Assembly: GCA_030704615.1 (NCBI GenBank)
Contig: CM060731.1
Location: 56,606,001-56,670,000, forward strand
Length of the DNA: 64,000 nucleotides
Direction: 5' to 3'
From: Takakia lepidozioides
Taxonomy: Eukaryota > Plantae > Bryophyta
The notes beneath the pieces are model-generated. The model worked only from the letters and a program-made list of their open reading frames with translations. It was not told the DNA's origin and did no database searches. This document shows, one piece after another, positions 11,123-23,305 of the stretch. The translations under genes were made by a program, and so were the position numbers. Each line of letters begins with the position of its first letter. Position 1 is the stretch's first letter.

Positions 11123-14100
11123 TCAAAGAGAATTTGGCGGAGCCCTACGTGAGGTGTCCCGCTGCAGAAGGGTGATGACTTCTCCGTAGCCTAGTGTGGC
11201 TTGGTGAATGAATTGGTCTCTCTTACCGTCGCAACACATAATTACAAGGTATATGTAATATTGATGCTTGCAGGGGACCCACTTCCCTCTCATCCCGAGA
11301 GCGCCCTCACGCATCGTTACAAAATCCGGACAAGTGCAAGTAGGGAAATTCCCCATAGTAACCTGATATTCTTTGCCATGAAGAACTGAGCCAATAGACA
11401 GCACTGTGTAAATCCGTCCATACCCCGGGGCAGGGACTTCGGTGATACGAGCCACCCGAGCCTGCAAAATTCTAGCCGATTCCATCGCATTCGTGATCTG
11501 CACCCGAAGCGACACGGCGCACTGTTTTTCCATCTCTTTTTGTTGGGTGGGAATCGGCACCGGGTGGAGGCATTGCCGGAGCTTGTGGCACATCTGTGCT
11601 GACAGTGCACAAGGGCACCACTCGGGATCGTGCAAGACAAAACCCTCCCTCCTCCAGCATGCTTATCTCGGTTGTTGACAGCGACGTCCCAAGTTTCACA
11701 GGCCAAATTGCGGGGGGAGGGGGTTTCATTATCACCGAAGGACGAACTGTTCCCTTGACGCATCGTGCCATATCGTCTGGGCAGAACCAGAACTTGTGGT
11801 CCTTTGACTCCCCACTATGATAAGGTCGGAACAACCCTGTGAATGTTGGAGCTGGAGTCCCCCTGGAGCCTTTGCATATTTTTGATTTGCATTTCTTGAA
11901 AGAGGGGGTCCGAATTGCCATGCAAGCAACTCTAGATCCTGGTGGGGTGCGTTCTATATGCCACTCACTATCAATGCAATCAGATTCCTGCACCATGGCC
12001 ACCACCTCCTCCAATGGGATTCCTGCTGCTGTGCTTGCATGTTCTGCACCTGCTCCACAGGAGGAGGACCCACCTGGGAAGGGGCCGGCACACGACTTAG
12101 TCTGCACTGGAGACACCTTTGGCACAGAGAAATTGACCCTGTCTGGGCGATGGGAATCTCCATCTGAACCTGGAAGAGTGTTCAATTTCCGTTTGCATGA
12201 TCCAAATCTTTCCTCGCCTTCCAAATGAGGGAGCCTGGATTGCAATGGGGAGCCTTCAGTGCACCTGTTCAGAGCTCTGGCCATCTTGGATGGGTCTCCA
12301 GACCTACTCGCAGCCCTTAGCATCAACAAAGTCAAACCGGGGCCCTTGCCTCCACCCCGTCCCATCAGAAAATTGCGGTACCTGGTTTGTTGTGTGAGTG
12401 CCCGCACCATGTCATCAGCAGTGGCCACATACAAGTCACGACCTGCTTTGGTAGATTGCTGCATCCAGGCGTTATGAACAGTCTCCGCCAAATTACAGGA
12501 TGGCATGTCGGCCAAGTCCTCCAAGGACATTTCTTGCACGAGGCATTGCATGGAAATGTGAGGAAGGAAAGGAAATGGAAGAGGTTCTTCAAGCGACAAT
12601 CCAAGAACCCCAAATGAAGAGGCATGTTGCAAAATTTCTGATTTTGGGATTCGAGAGGCTTACCGTCGTCATGAAAGCTCCCCACTGTCTGTATCTGAAG
12701 TGCCAGAAAACCAACCAGTCCTCCAACTTCTTCAGGTGGATACCAGTAGCAGCACCAGAGGAGAACCACCAAGCCCGGATTGCTTGGTAAGTGCTCTCAG
12801 CTTCTCCCATTGATTTGGCATTTTTGTACTTGAGACAGAGCCTTCTGTGCTCCAACTGAAGGTCAGGGCGAATGCAGCGCTTTGTATGACGTGCCAGAGA
12901 TTGACTCCAATGGAAGAGGCATGTGCGCTCCCTATTTTCCATTGGGACCTTAGGATCCCCCGAACCAAACACGCGCCGCACTGCATTGAAATTTGCCTGT
13001 GCACTATCAGCCATGAAGCCCGCAAAATTTGTCTTCTGTATTCCGTTGCGCTGCATGACGGCCAGGAGCGAATTCCACATGAGCATCTGGGATTCAGTGT
13101 CCTCCGACTGCATATCACAAATTGCTATTGAGAGCACACGTTGGTACGCTGGATCATACACATGGCACGCCATGGTTGTCCAACCCTTCACCCGTTTGCA
13201 GTGATCAAACATCAACCAACATTTAGCCAAATCTCCTCCAGGTTGCATTCGGCGGACAATGCTAACACCACTGCCTTCGCCCACTGCGGACATCTTGAAC
13301 AAATAAACCTTGGATGAGCCCTGGCCAGGGAAGATACTGTTTTGAATGAATTCATAGCGACTTCTCCGTTTGAGGTCCATAATGTTGTCCATGAATCCAG
13401 CATTGCCTGTGCCGACTCTGAGTGCATTCACCTGGTTTCGAATATTGGGAGAGCTCAACACGGAGAAATGGTCCATCACTGCATCAAGCGAATCTGCATC
13501 CAGCATTGGCTGTGTCGAATCCCCTTCACCCAATGTGTTTTTCCAGGAAAGCCTTGCTAGCTGCAAGCGCTATAGCAGAAGGTGTTGCACAAGGGGCATT
13601 GTGGAACTCCTGCTTCAGCAGATTTCTAGCGATGTCCACGCTATCCCTGCAACTTCCTTTGGACACAGGATGCTCGTGTGCACCCATATGAATGCAGGCA
13701 CGAGTCATTGTCTTGCACCGGTGTGCCACCTGGTACATACGAGCGTGGCACACAGAAACACAGGACGGGGAAAGTTTGCAGAACCTGCACACAAAAGTAT
13801 TGGTCTTGGGAGGGGCAAGTCCTGGGGTGAAAGGATTCAAGGGCACACCTTCCCACTCACTCTCGTTTGGTTGAGCGCTGTTTCTCAGGCGAGGGCAAGA
13901 TATATTCAGGCACTTGCAATGCCCAACGCAAACCGACCTTCGAAATTTCAATCCAATGTCGTTGTGGATGTTTGACGTTTTTGTCCTGCACCAAGGGTGT
14001 CCGTCATGTTTCTTGTCCATGCCCTGCAGAAGCCCAGCCAGTCCATTGGAAGACGTGGGAGGGTTGAGCTCAAACAAGATGTCCCCATCAAACTCTGCTG

Positions 14101-14683
14101 GCACGTATTGAACCCGCTGCACACGAAGGGACTCCCAATCAACAAAACGCAGCTCGCTCTTGCACCCAGGCACCCCTGCGAGGGCTTTCAATTTTGGAAT
14201 GACACTCGTTATCTCTTGCAATTCGGATTCATCCAAGAATGGAGTCTGCACTGGCGGAGGAATCTCAGAAACATCCTCCGAGGACGAGTCTGAAAGAGTC
14301 ACGAATGTAGTGGATGTGCTCACCTCTTGTTTCACATGAACTGTGCCCTTCTGCTGCACGACCGATGCTGCAGTTCCAGGGGTAATGACTGATCCTGCTG
14401 ATTGTCTTCTCTCTTTTCCAAGGACACGGTATGTGCCTGGAAGGACTCTCCACTTCCTTCCACACTCGCCAACCAATGGTTTCTCCAAATGTCCAGAATC
14501 CAAATTCCCATCCTCGTCATACACCTCTTTTTGAACAAGCAGAGAACCCAATTCCAGTGGGAACACTGTAACCAGCTCATCCTCATGAACAACTGCAAAC
14601 CCATCGTCGTCTGCAGTGGCAGTCAGTGGAAGACTACCTGCATTGGAATGAAATCGTGCTAGTCTATCTCTGTCCTTGGACAT
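11123..14683 (-). pseudogene. MULE-type DDE transposase with N-terminal GCM/WRKY-like Zn domain and C-terminal SWIM finger (intron ~12530-12663, frameshifts)
   Basis: DGHPW...CVG...C...C..C...C...HEHP (13526-14683); WLMFDH, FMADSAQA, CLFHW (CxxH) (12589-13566); SCNLAETVH (catalytic E, 11472-12632); CTCPDF...CKH SWIM (11123-11635). Confidence 0.8.
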
Positions 14684-15558
14684 GTTTTCCTACGCTGACC
14701 AAAACTTTCGATTCACAACGGAATCCCCGAATTGATAGCCCGCAATTCTGGAAAGGGGATCCACCACAAAAAAAATTGAGGTCAACAAGGGTAGCAGTAA
14801 CCCAAAGGCTGCGGTCGATGCATCAGAAGGATGCAAGAATGACATGCACTGAACTTCGGAGATAACCACGCTGAGAGACACCAACTAGAAAAACTGTTTT
14901 CAAATAAAGGAAGCCACAAGAAGCCGTGCTGTTTTTGGATGAAAAACAAACCCTGAACATGACATGAAACCATCCTTTATGGAAAGACGGCAACAACCCT
15001 GGAGAGCAGTAAACAGGAAGACCCCGAATGTAATGAGGTCGTGCCGTGCCAGAAGAGCACAGCACAAACACTGACACTCCAAGAGTCACCTCGCACGGAT
15101 GTGTGCAACACAAGATCATTTCCGACACAACCCTTTATACCGAATGACCCCATGGCGACGATGACGGCAAAATGCAAAGCACAGGGCAGGCAGTACGAAA
15201 CACGTGGATGCATATGTGAAGCACAACATTTATGGGGAATCTGCAAGAACTGCTCCAAATTGAACTAGCATTAGATTTCTGCGGCACTTCCGAATTTGAA
15301 ACCATTCCAGAAGGCCGCCATATATTGGCAGGCGGCGAAGTACATCTGACATATATCACAAGTACATGCAACGTATGCACATATTTTCTGGCACTTTATT
15401 TCTTGAATAATACAAAGACGCCGAAATGGATGAATTCCGTTCGCACACAATAACAACACCCGCATCCAAATACGGTTGACAATGTCCTATTTTGATTTTG
15501 GTTACATGCAATAGCAACCCTTGTTGCAAACGTCAAACTGGAGAGCTCTAGAGGCATC

Positions 15559-18500
15559 GTGGGGAGCCCTTGTTTCCAGCGGAGGAGGAAGAGAAGGAAA
15601 TCATTGTACTTCACGAGCTCTAGAAACAGGAATAGAGCCAGATATAGAATGAGGATGGAAAGAGTGGCCGAAGAGGAAAAGGCGGAAGAAGAGGGCAAAG
15701 AGACAAGTTCGGCGATGGAAGAGCAGGAATCCGGGGAAGACCAGCAGCCTGCCATAGTTCCAAGAACAGATGAGGAGGACACTGCATCCGAGGGAGAGGC
15801 AGACGCCGAAGATGATGTTGACGCTGGCCTCACGAAGAACCTAATAGTGGAAGAGAGGATGGGGGAGATGCTCCAGAACATGAGAGGCGTGGAGAGCAGT
15901 CCGAAGCGCAAAGGGTCCCCGGCGATTGGGGAGTCTTCTGGAGCAGCCAAAAAAAAGGTTCAATCTTTGGAACCCATCTTTGTGCTTCATTGCTGATGTG
16001 AACCCAAGTTGAGATTCTATGTCGATATGAACATAGACTGCACACGGCATCTCTGCCAGGTTGCATCAACCGCGAACAAGAAGCTCAAAAAGTGTAGCTA
16101 AAATGGCCAAATTGGGCACTGTTTGAGCACACCTTGTCTTTGTTTTTCCCCAGTGAAATTCGGCAATACAGGGCATGTCTCGGAGGTTCAATCATCACTT
16201 ACATGGCAGCTCAAACAGTGTGCGTCAACGCACACTGTTTGAGCTCGCCATGTCATTGCACTTGTCATCTGAAAATTGGCCACATAGGGTTTGAATTTGA
16301 GGTTGAATCATCACTATCCTGGCAGCTCAAACAGTGTGCGTTGGCGCACACTGTTTGAGCTGCCCTTATCATTGCCTTTTTCATTTGAGAATGGGCCACA
16401 TAGGGCATATCTCTAAGGACCGATGAACACTTATCTGGCAGCTCAAACAGTGTGCGTTGCCGCACACTGTTTGAGCACACCTTGTCTTTGTTTTTCCCCT
16501 GTGAAATTCGGCAATACAGGGCATGTCTCAGAGGTTCAATCATCACTTACATGGCAGCTCAAACAGTGTGCGTCAACGCACACTGTTTGAGCTCGCCATG
16601 TCATTGCACTTGTCATCTGAAATTGGCCACATAGGGTTTGAATTTGAGGTTGAATCATCACGATAATGGCAGCTCAAACAGTGTGCGTTGGCGCACACTG
16701 TTTGAGCTGCCCTTATCATTGCCTTTTTCATTTGAGAATGGGCCACATAGGGCATATCTCTGAGGACCGATGAACACTTATCTGGCAGCTCAAACAGTGT
16801 GCGTTGCCGCACACTGTTTGAGCACACCTTGTCTTTGTTTTTCCCCTGTGAAATTCGGCAATACAGGGCATGTCTCAGAGGTTCAATCATCACTTACATG
16901 GCAGCTCAAACAGTGTGCGTCAACGCACACTGTTTGAGCTCGCCATGTCATTGCACTTGTCATCTGAAAATTGGCTCAAACAGCTCAAACAGTTTTCTTT
17001 CAACACTTACGGTTCAATGAACACTTACCTTGCACCTCAAACAGTGTGCGTCAACGCACACTCTTTGAGCTCACCTTTTCTACCACAGATGGTCTGTTTG
17101 CCATGCTCAAACACCCTCGTCTAATGCCTCACTCTTATATCAATTTGAATGGACAACCCTGCAGGAGAAGATGCAAAGTGTGGCGGAGGAGATCCCTTCA
17201 GGGCTGGGGAAGGATATCATTGTTGATGTTGACGATGAGTTCTATGAAAGCAAAGCCGCTGAGATGCTGGGGGGTCAGAAGGTAAACTCTCAGCTTGTGG
17301 TGCAAAGTATGCTTGCCCCGGGTGGGAGGTTGAGGATTCCCCTGTGTAGGATGGTTTCCATGCCCGTCGTTCGACCACCCCTCATCAAGGACATTCTCAA
17401 GCTAGAGGCCGAGTTTGTTCATGGGTATTTGGATGGATCCGCAGTGTTTTACGTTTGTACAAAGGATTCCACAGGCAATGAGCTCCTTGTGGATGAGTCA
17501 ATCGTGGACTCCTAGGATCCTATTTGGAGACAGGTGAACTAATCCTTCGAACTTCTTCTCTCCAGGAAACCTTCCACCCAGGCATTCTCGGGGAAGATGT
17601 TTGGGATGGGAACCACCAATTGCTTGCATGGATGGCTGTTATTGGGAGGCTGCACTCACAGGAGGAAGAGTGGCATTATTCTGTTCGATCGATGGTGCTG
17701 GATTGTGAGGGGAACATGATGGGTCTTCTAACGACAATGAATGATGTGAACAGGTTGGTTTCTCATTCTACCTGTTCCACTTGCAGTTCCTTGGTTCTTT
17801 GATTAAAGTCCTTGAATTTCATTCTGACTTTCAGATATCATTCTGCAGAGGAACGGAGACATCACATGTCAAAACGAGTCTGGTTCACACACTGTATAGG
17901 ATACAAAGGATCGGGCAGATGCCCTTGACCAACTTCAAGACCATCCTTTCAGCGGAGACGTACAAGAAGTGCGAAAGCTCCAAGACATCGGAAACGTGGT
18001 ATTCGTTGACACGCGAGGCTTTCATGGAGTACATGTACACGGTGAGATACATCTTCCTTCATCTGCCCTTTCCATATTCCTGCTTCCACATGTTTGTTTC
18101 TGTTTGTTTCCCTTGCCCTTCGGTTCATGCAACTCTCGTGCATTCCCTTGCAGCAAGACATTGCAGATGCAGGGGAGCGTGGCAAACTGGAATACTACAG
18201 GTCAACCCTGAGGAGAGAAGGACAGCAAAGGGGGTTGAGACTCACATCCAAAAAGAGATGACCGCTACAAGAAGGACTATAATGAGTGCTTTTGTGAAGC
18301 AGTTGAGAATTGCCGACCCATCATTCGGAGCGCAGTTTCTCTTGGAGATAAAAAACCATTATAACAAGCCAGGCAAGCCAGAGATGGCCCAGGAGAAGTT
18401 ACACAGGTTGTCTACCGCCGTTGTGTCTTCAGAACAGAAGGTGAAGTGGCTACAGATATGGAACTCCGATCCCACAGTTAGGGATACACACATGTTCCCC

Positions 18501-20873
18501 AGGCCGGAGAAAGAGAAGAAGACCCAGCGTGTCATTCCAGTCAGTGACAATGTGCTGGACACATGGCTTCACAAGGCCACTTACTGGAGCCAGGTGTGAT
18601 GTCCTTTCCTGTGTCACTTTCTTTTCTCTTTTCATGTCCTTCTCTTTCCATTGCCTCTCACATTCGCTGTGATTTTTTTGGGTTCATTCTTGCATTTGAA
18701 TTGTTTTGCAGTTGGAAGAAAGGGCACGGTCGGTTCTGCATACTCAGCTGGCTGACTATGGCATCACTATGACAGCACCGAAGGTCTCCTTCGAAGCATA
18801 CATGAGGAAATGGAGAGCCACAGTATGGCACTCTTGTTTCTTTAGAGAGTTCAGCAAGAAGGGTGGCATCAGTCGAACACATGACCTTGACCAGCAAGAA
18901 AAAGGAGAGGAAGCCTGGAAACGATGCCTTTACAGGTGCACTCCCTGGGCAGTTCAGTTTTACTTAGTGTCCTGTGGTTGCAATGTACTGTGACGCATAC
19001 AGTTTAAGGGGAATGTGATGGAAAAACTGAGAGACAATAATTGCATCGCATAATGAGGCTGTCTTTGTTCCTGCAGGTACATAAAGTTTGTTCTCATGGA
19101 AGAGAATTGTTTGGACAAACATCCAGATTTCGTGGACCTCTGGCTTGTCCCTGCTGGAAATCAGACTATATTTACTACTGGGATCTTGCATGACTGGGGC
19201 CCAGACCATCTATCTTCTTGTGGTTGGTATTTGGATTGCCCTCCTTCTGAGACCCCAGCTCCGGAGGTGTCTTTGAGGAGAGAGAATGAGCGAATTGCAG
19301 CCACTGCCGCAGCAGCCGACCTCGACATTCATGAGCAAATTTTGAGGACTCTTGTAGAGAAGGAGCCTCCCGCTCAGGATACCCCGGGTAGAGGTAGAAA
19401 GGCAAAGGGGAAAGATGTTGCTGGTGTTGTGGGGAAAGGAAGGGGTAGAGGGAAGGTGGCACAAGGGAAGGGAAGTGTTGCAGATATTGGCCTAGTGGTG
19501 CATGTCCAGCAGACTCCACCGCATGGTAGGGGATCCGTGAGAAAGAACAAGGGGGTGGTTGATCCGAAGGACCCGTACCATGCAGTGGAACATCCGACGA
19601 GGGTCATTCGCCCTACCAGGTTGGAGATGGCCAACGTCGGATTCCTTGCCATGATGGAGTCAAAGAAATCTGATTACAAGGGCGAGCCATCACCAGTGTG
19701 GGAGAGGATTGTACAGTTCCTCGGCACGGTGCGTGTTCTCTTTTGCATCTTTTCTGCAGTGGGCATGGATCGTTTCAATCCTCTTGAGTATTCCATTGTA
19801 ATTTTGTTTGCAGGCTAAAATGACCAAATCCTGGGTGAACGGGAAGGAGAAGCAATATGCAGCCGAACTCATAATCTTGGACATCCCTGATGGGTTGGCA
19901 GTCCCGGTTGTCCCTCCATCGGGTGCTTGTCCGGGTTGGAATGCTTTTGATGAGCGCTACTGGCGGTGGGTTTTCTCCTTTTGCAATTTTTTCCTGTCCG
20001 ATGCACGTGTTTTGGTGCTCATACAGTCCGCCGACGTTCGCTGTCGCCGTGCACTTGCCAGCTATTTGAAAGCCTCGGGCATGAGAGTCCTGAAGACATG
20101 GAATTGTGTGAACAGCATGTACCTTACGAAGGGGGATCGTCCAGGAGAGATGGTAAATTTACCTTCTTCTTCCTCTTCTTGGTGGTTCTCGGATGGAGTT
20201 GTATAGGTCGCTCGATCTCATATGTAGGGGCCTGGTTTTTTAAGCTTCTTAGTTCCTTCTGAATGTGTTGTTCGCAGACTCGTTTGTTTGAAGCTGTTTG
20301 TCTCGTCCGAGTGCATCCACCAACGACTCCGGCCGACATTTTGGAGTTCGCCATCACTCATGGGGGCAAGTTCATAGACGACAGGACAGATCCTCCAACG
20401 GATGACATGCACCACAACTACGTTGACAGCAACGTCTGCTTGCGAAGGGGGAATGGGGTTCCTTGGAGAGGGGCGAGGGAGAGGAGCCCGGCTTTCATTC
20501 AAACGATTGTGGAGTGCTGCACCTACACAGACGCCAGAGTTTTGGATTTGTCAATGGGCACAGGTTCGTCTCTTCAACATTCGGATTTCATGAGGTTTGA
20601 TTCAGCTTGCACTTTCAGTACTTCCCACCATTCCATATGTGTCTTCAATGTCTGCTTCCTTCATTCTATTCCACTGCAGGTGCTTCGTACCACGCTTGCA
20701 AGGCCAGTGCCCGACATCTCTTTGGGATTGAAGGGGATGCTGAGATTTACAACAACCTCCTGATGGGTTTGGGTGGACACACTTCTCAAGTCCTTCCGAA
20801 GCCCCGTCCCGCTGATATTGATACAGAGGAGACTTCCGACAAGGAGCTGGACTCCGACTTTGCCTGTGAGTAA
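15559..20873 (+). pseudogene. Multi-exon gene: ParB/Srx-like N-terminal domain fused to a beta-class N4-cytosine/N6-adenine DNA methyltransferase-like domain
   Basis: Approximate GT-AG-bounded exons 15649-15957, 17165-17753, 17849-18041, 18167-18593, 18712-18966, 19077-19728, 19814-20152, 20278-20563, 20680-20873. IPLCRM..VRP and VWDGNHQLLAW (ParB-like DGNHR motif). LIILDIPDG (motif IV position) precedes RERSPAFIQTIVECCT..DARVLDLSMGTG (motif X/I) and RHLFGIEGD. In-frame stop at ~17513. Confidence 0.7.
16117..17071. repeat. 116-bp-period array of GGCAGCTCAAACAGTGTGCG-N4-CGCACACTGTTTGAGC palindromes with a 3-monomer (~347 bp) higher-order repeat
   Basis: Palindromes start at 16205, 16321, 16437, 16553, 16668, 16784, 16900, with a degenerate copy at ~17031 and a half copy at 16117. 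Three spacer types cycle. Confidence 0.95.
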
Positions 20874-21943
20874 GTTCAACTGTGCATGCTTGCATTGTTG
20901 TTTCAATATCGAGAATCATTCTTCTTGAGGCAAAGTTCACATGGCAGACATCCTCTTCGTTGGACTTGTGTATTGCATATTGAGTTCTGAATGGGTTTTT
21001 GTCGACATGTGCAGGAGTCCGCGTGCTTCCACTTGCCCTCCAGGGCTATCACACCTGTTTGGACTTCTTTCCAGTCCTCCTCGGTCTTGCGTGCTACCTG
21101 TCTATGCGGAGGCACTCGCAACAAGCATGACCGTTCATGGCACTCGGAGTCCACCCATCCACGGCCGTGGTAGAAGACGTGGTGTTGGGGCCAGAATCTT
21201 TGTGGATGACATAGCACAGGAGGTCGAGACTGATTCTGATGACTGTGACACTTGATATGAAGTTTCTTTTCGTTTTTTTATTCGGGGCCAAATTTGAAAT
21301 AGGATGGTTGTGTGTTCTTGTTGTCCTGTTTGCAATGTGTGCGTGGAATGCACATTAATGGGAACAAACTATTGTTAGAGATGGGGGTTGCATGGACTGC
21401 CCGGATTGTTCCTTCAATCTATTTAGTGTTCTCTGGACCTCACAGACTTGAGTGCATTGCAATACAAACAAACGACTTTGGTTCGTGTAGAGCATTCTCG
21501 CATCATTTGCTCGTTGGTCTCCAAACCATTCCTGCTAGAAGAATGGTTGGTGAATCCATCACGGTGAAGTCCACCTCATCAAAGAGCTGTGAGGCATTCT
21601 CAAATCTAATGAGCATCCATGATGCTCCCGCACATACCTGGCGTGTTCGCAAGGGTGGTGAGTAAGAAAAGATTTCGCAGGATTCCGCTTTAGATCATGT
21701 CAGTGTGCACCTCCTCACGACGTACCCACATCAACTTGTGAGGGCTTGGTATGTTGATAACGTCTGCAATGGATGCAATGGATACAATGTATGTGACATA
21801 TCCACCCTGCATTCCCGGGAAATGGCTGATCAACCCGCGGAAATAGGCCCTGTATGTATGCTGACGTGGCGTGAGCCTGTGCTGGGCTCACGGTTTCCTG
21901 GGCTCACAGGCTCACGCCTCCGGGCTCACAAAATAGCACCCCC

Positions 21944-22323
21944 CTTCCTCTACAGGCTACCTGATAAATCTTTATCACTCCTTTCTCCAGACCCCATTCC
22001 AGATCAGCATCATGCACTCGCTTAAGAATATTTTCTTTACAACTGTTTGGCAATTCCAAGAACCTTTGAAAGAATTGTTTGGACAATCTTTCTTCCTTCG
22101 TTCCACAGGGAATTTGATTCACATCAAATTCTTTAATCCTCCAACCACCATGATCCCACCAGATGCCTGTCACATCTGGTTGTTCGTGACTCAGATCCCC
22201 AGTATGGTCGCCAAATGTCACCCGGCTTTTACACACCCATCCCTTCGCTATCCGAGGGGGAAACTCCAAGATAGAAGAGTTGGATATCTCTAAGCATTCA
22301 GCCCGCGTGAAACAATCAGTCAT
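21944..22323 (-). pseudogene. N-terminal half of the unknown ORF upstream of gag
   Basis: ORF 21904-22323 up to the TSD; joins 10378-10703 in frame. Confidence 0.75.
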
Positions 22324-22799
22324 GACCTGCAGCTAGTGAATCATTGTTGGTTTTCCAATTACATTCCTTATCAGTTTATATTCCCTGTTTATCTTGACCA
22401 GGTATCTTTTTAAGCGTCAGATTGCTTCTTTGGGCCCCCTGATTTCATTCATACACAGCTTCACTCAAGTCTCTCAACACAAGGTGTTTGTATTGGATGA
22501 GAATCAGATTAATCATAATCGGATACATGCTGATGTCCTAACTTCTCTAATCTATCCCTCTAAGTAATCCTACATCTCGTACTAACTTTGTCCTATAGTA
22601 TCTCCTTCCTCCTCACCAGCTTCCCTTCCTCCGATCTCAGTCCGCCCCCAGGAGTGATCTCCGTCCCAAAAAGTCCCCCAGCCCGTCTTCGCTGCCCGCT
22701 TTATCCCTTACCCGCTGTTCTAACCGTTTTCCTTCACTAACCGTCCTCCGTGAATTACATGTTCCCCGACAGATGTTGTTCCCCACAGTCGTTCCCTAC

Positions 22800-22975
22800 G
22801 ACTGTGACAGCTGTGATTGACTGTGCGACTGTGTCAGACTGTGACGGCTGTATCGGGCTGTGACTGGCTGTGATGGGCTGTGTATGGCTGTGACGGGCTG
22901 TGACTGGCTGTGACGGGCTGTGTATGGCTGTGACGGGCTGTGACTGGCTATGACGGGCTGTGTATGGCTGTGACG
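22800..22975. repeat. 10-bp-unit GGCTGTGAC minisatellite in the 5' region of gypsy #1
   Basis: Tandem ggctgtgacg/ggctgtgact/ggctgtgtat units. Confidence 0.9.
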
Positions 22976-23082
22976 GTCTATCTCAAAAAATTAAGGGTAC
23001 CCCTCAGTACCCATAGAAGTGTCTAAGTCCCAGACTCCACAGAACCCATACAAATGCCTAAGTCCCATACTGCCTCCTAACA

Positions 23083-23305
23083 AGGATCTTTAGCATTGCA
23101 GGCATATTGACAGCTTTGAGGCGGTATAAGTTGGGGCTAGAAAATCTGGATAGTCTTATCATGATCTACAAGAACTGGCCTGAAGATGCTCGTAGTGGCT
23201 GCACATCTTTTGTTGATACAAACCTGACAGATTTTTCAATCTCGAATATGAGCTCTTAGATGCAAATGAAGACGAAATACGTGAAGCTGGATACTTTGAG
23301 GAATA
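23083..23305 (+). pseudogene. hAT transposase C-terminal (dimerization domain) relic
   Basis: Translates RIFSIAGILTALRRYKLGLENLDSLIMIYKNWPEDAR (ERxFS..G..R..L..E motif), starting exactly at the gypsy #1 boundary. Confidence 0.7.

Larger units (their letters stand above)
10704..21943 (-). mobile_element. Mutator-like DNA transposon without proper TIRs (11.2 kb), transposase + ParB/methyltransferase-like accessory gene
   Basis: Direct repeat CTTCCTCTAC at 10694-10703 and 21944-21953 (9-10-bp TSD). Excision restores the host ORF. Ends CAGCGTAACTAC... and ...AAAATAGCACCCCC are dissimilar but carry clustered GTGAGC/GCTCAC subterminal motifs. Confidence 0.9.
1..23082 (-). mobile_element. Ty3/gypsy LTR retrotransposon #1 (non-chromovirus type, extra 5' and 3' ORFs), interrupted by a MULE; 3' end outside window
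   Basis: gag-PR-RT-RH-INT order on minus strand. Sequence switches to a hAT relic right after ...TGCCTCCTAACA at 23082 (TG start on minus strand). LTR pair cannot be checked in this window. Confidence 0.8.

Noticed and set aside
16117-17071. CRISPR array (palindromic repeats with regular spacers)
   Set aside because: Spacers are ~75 bp and themselves repeat with period three; no cas genes; the array lies in a spliceosomal intron of a eukaryotic TE.
15559-20873. Bacterial contamination or a restriction-modification/partition operon
   Set aside because: The gene has multiple GT-AG introns and sits within a TSD-bounded MULE nested in a plant retrotransposon.
20903-21720. Third gene in the MULE
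   Set aside because: Only short ORFs on both strands without motifs; insufficient support.
22976-23082. Defined 5' LTR and PBS for gypsy #1
   Set aside because: Only the outer TG boundary is inferable; the partner LTR is outside the window and no tRNA PBS was recognised.
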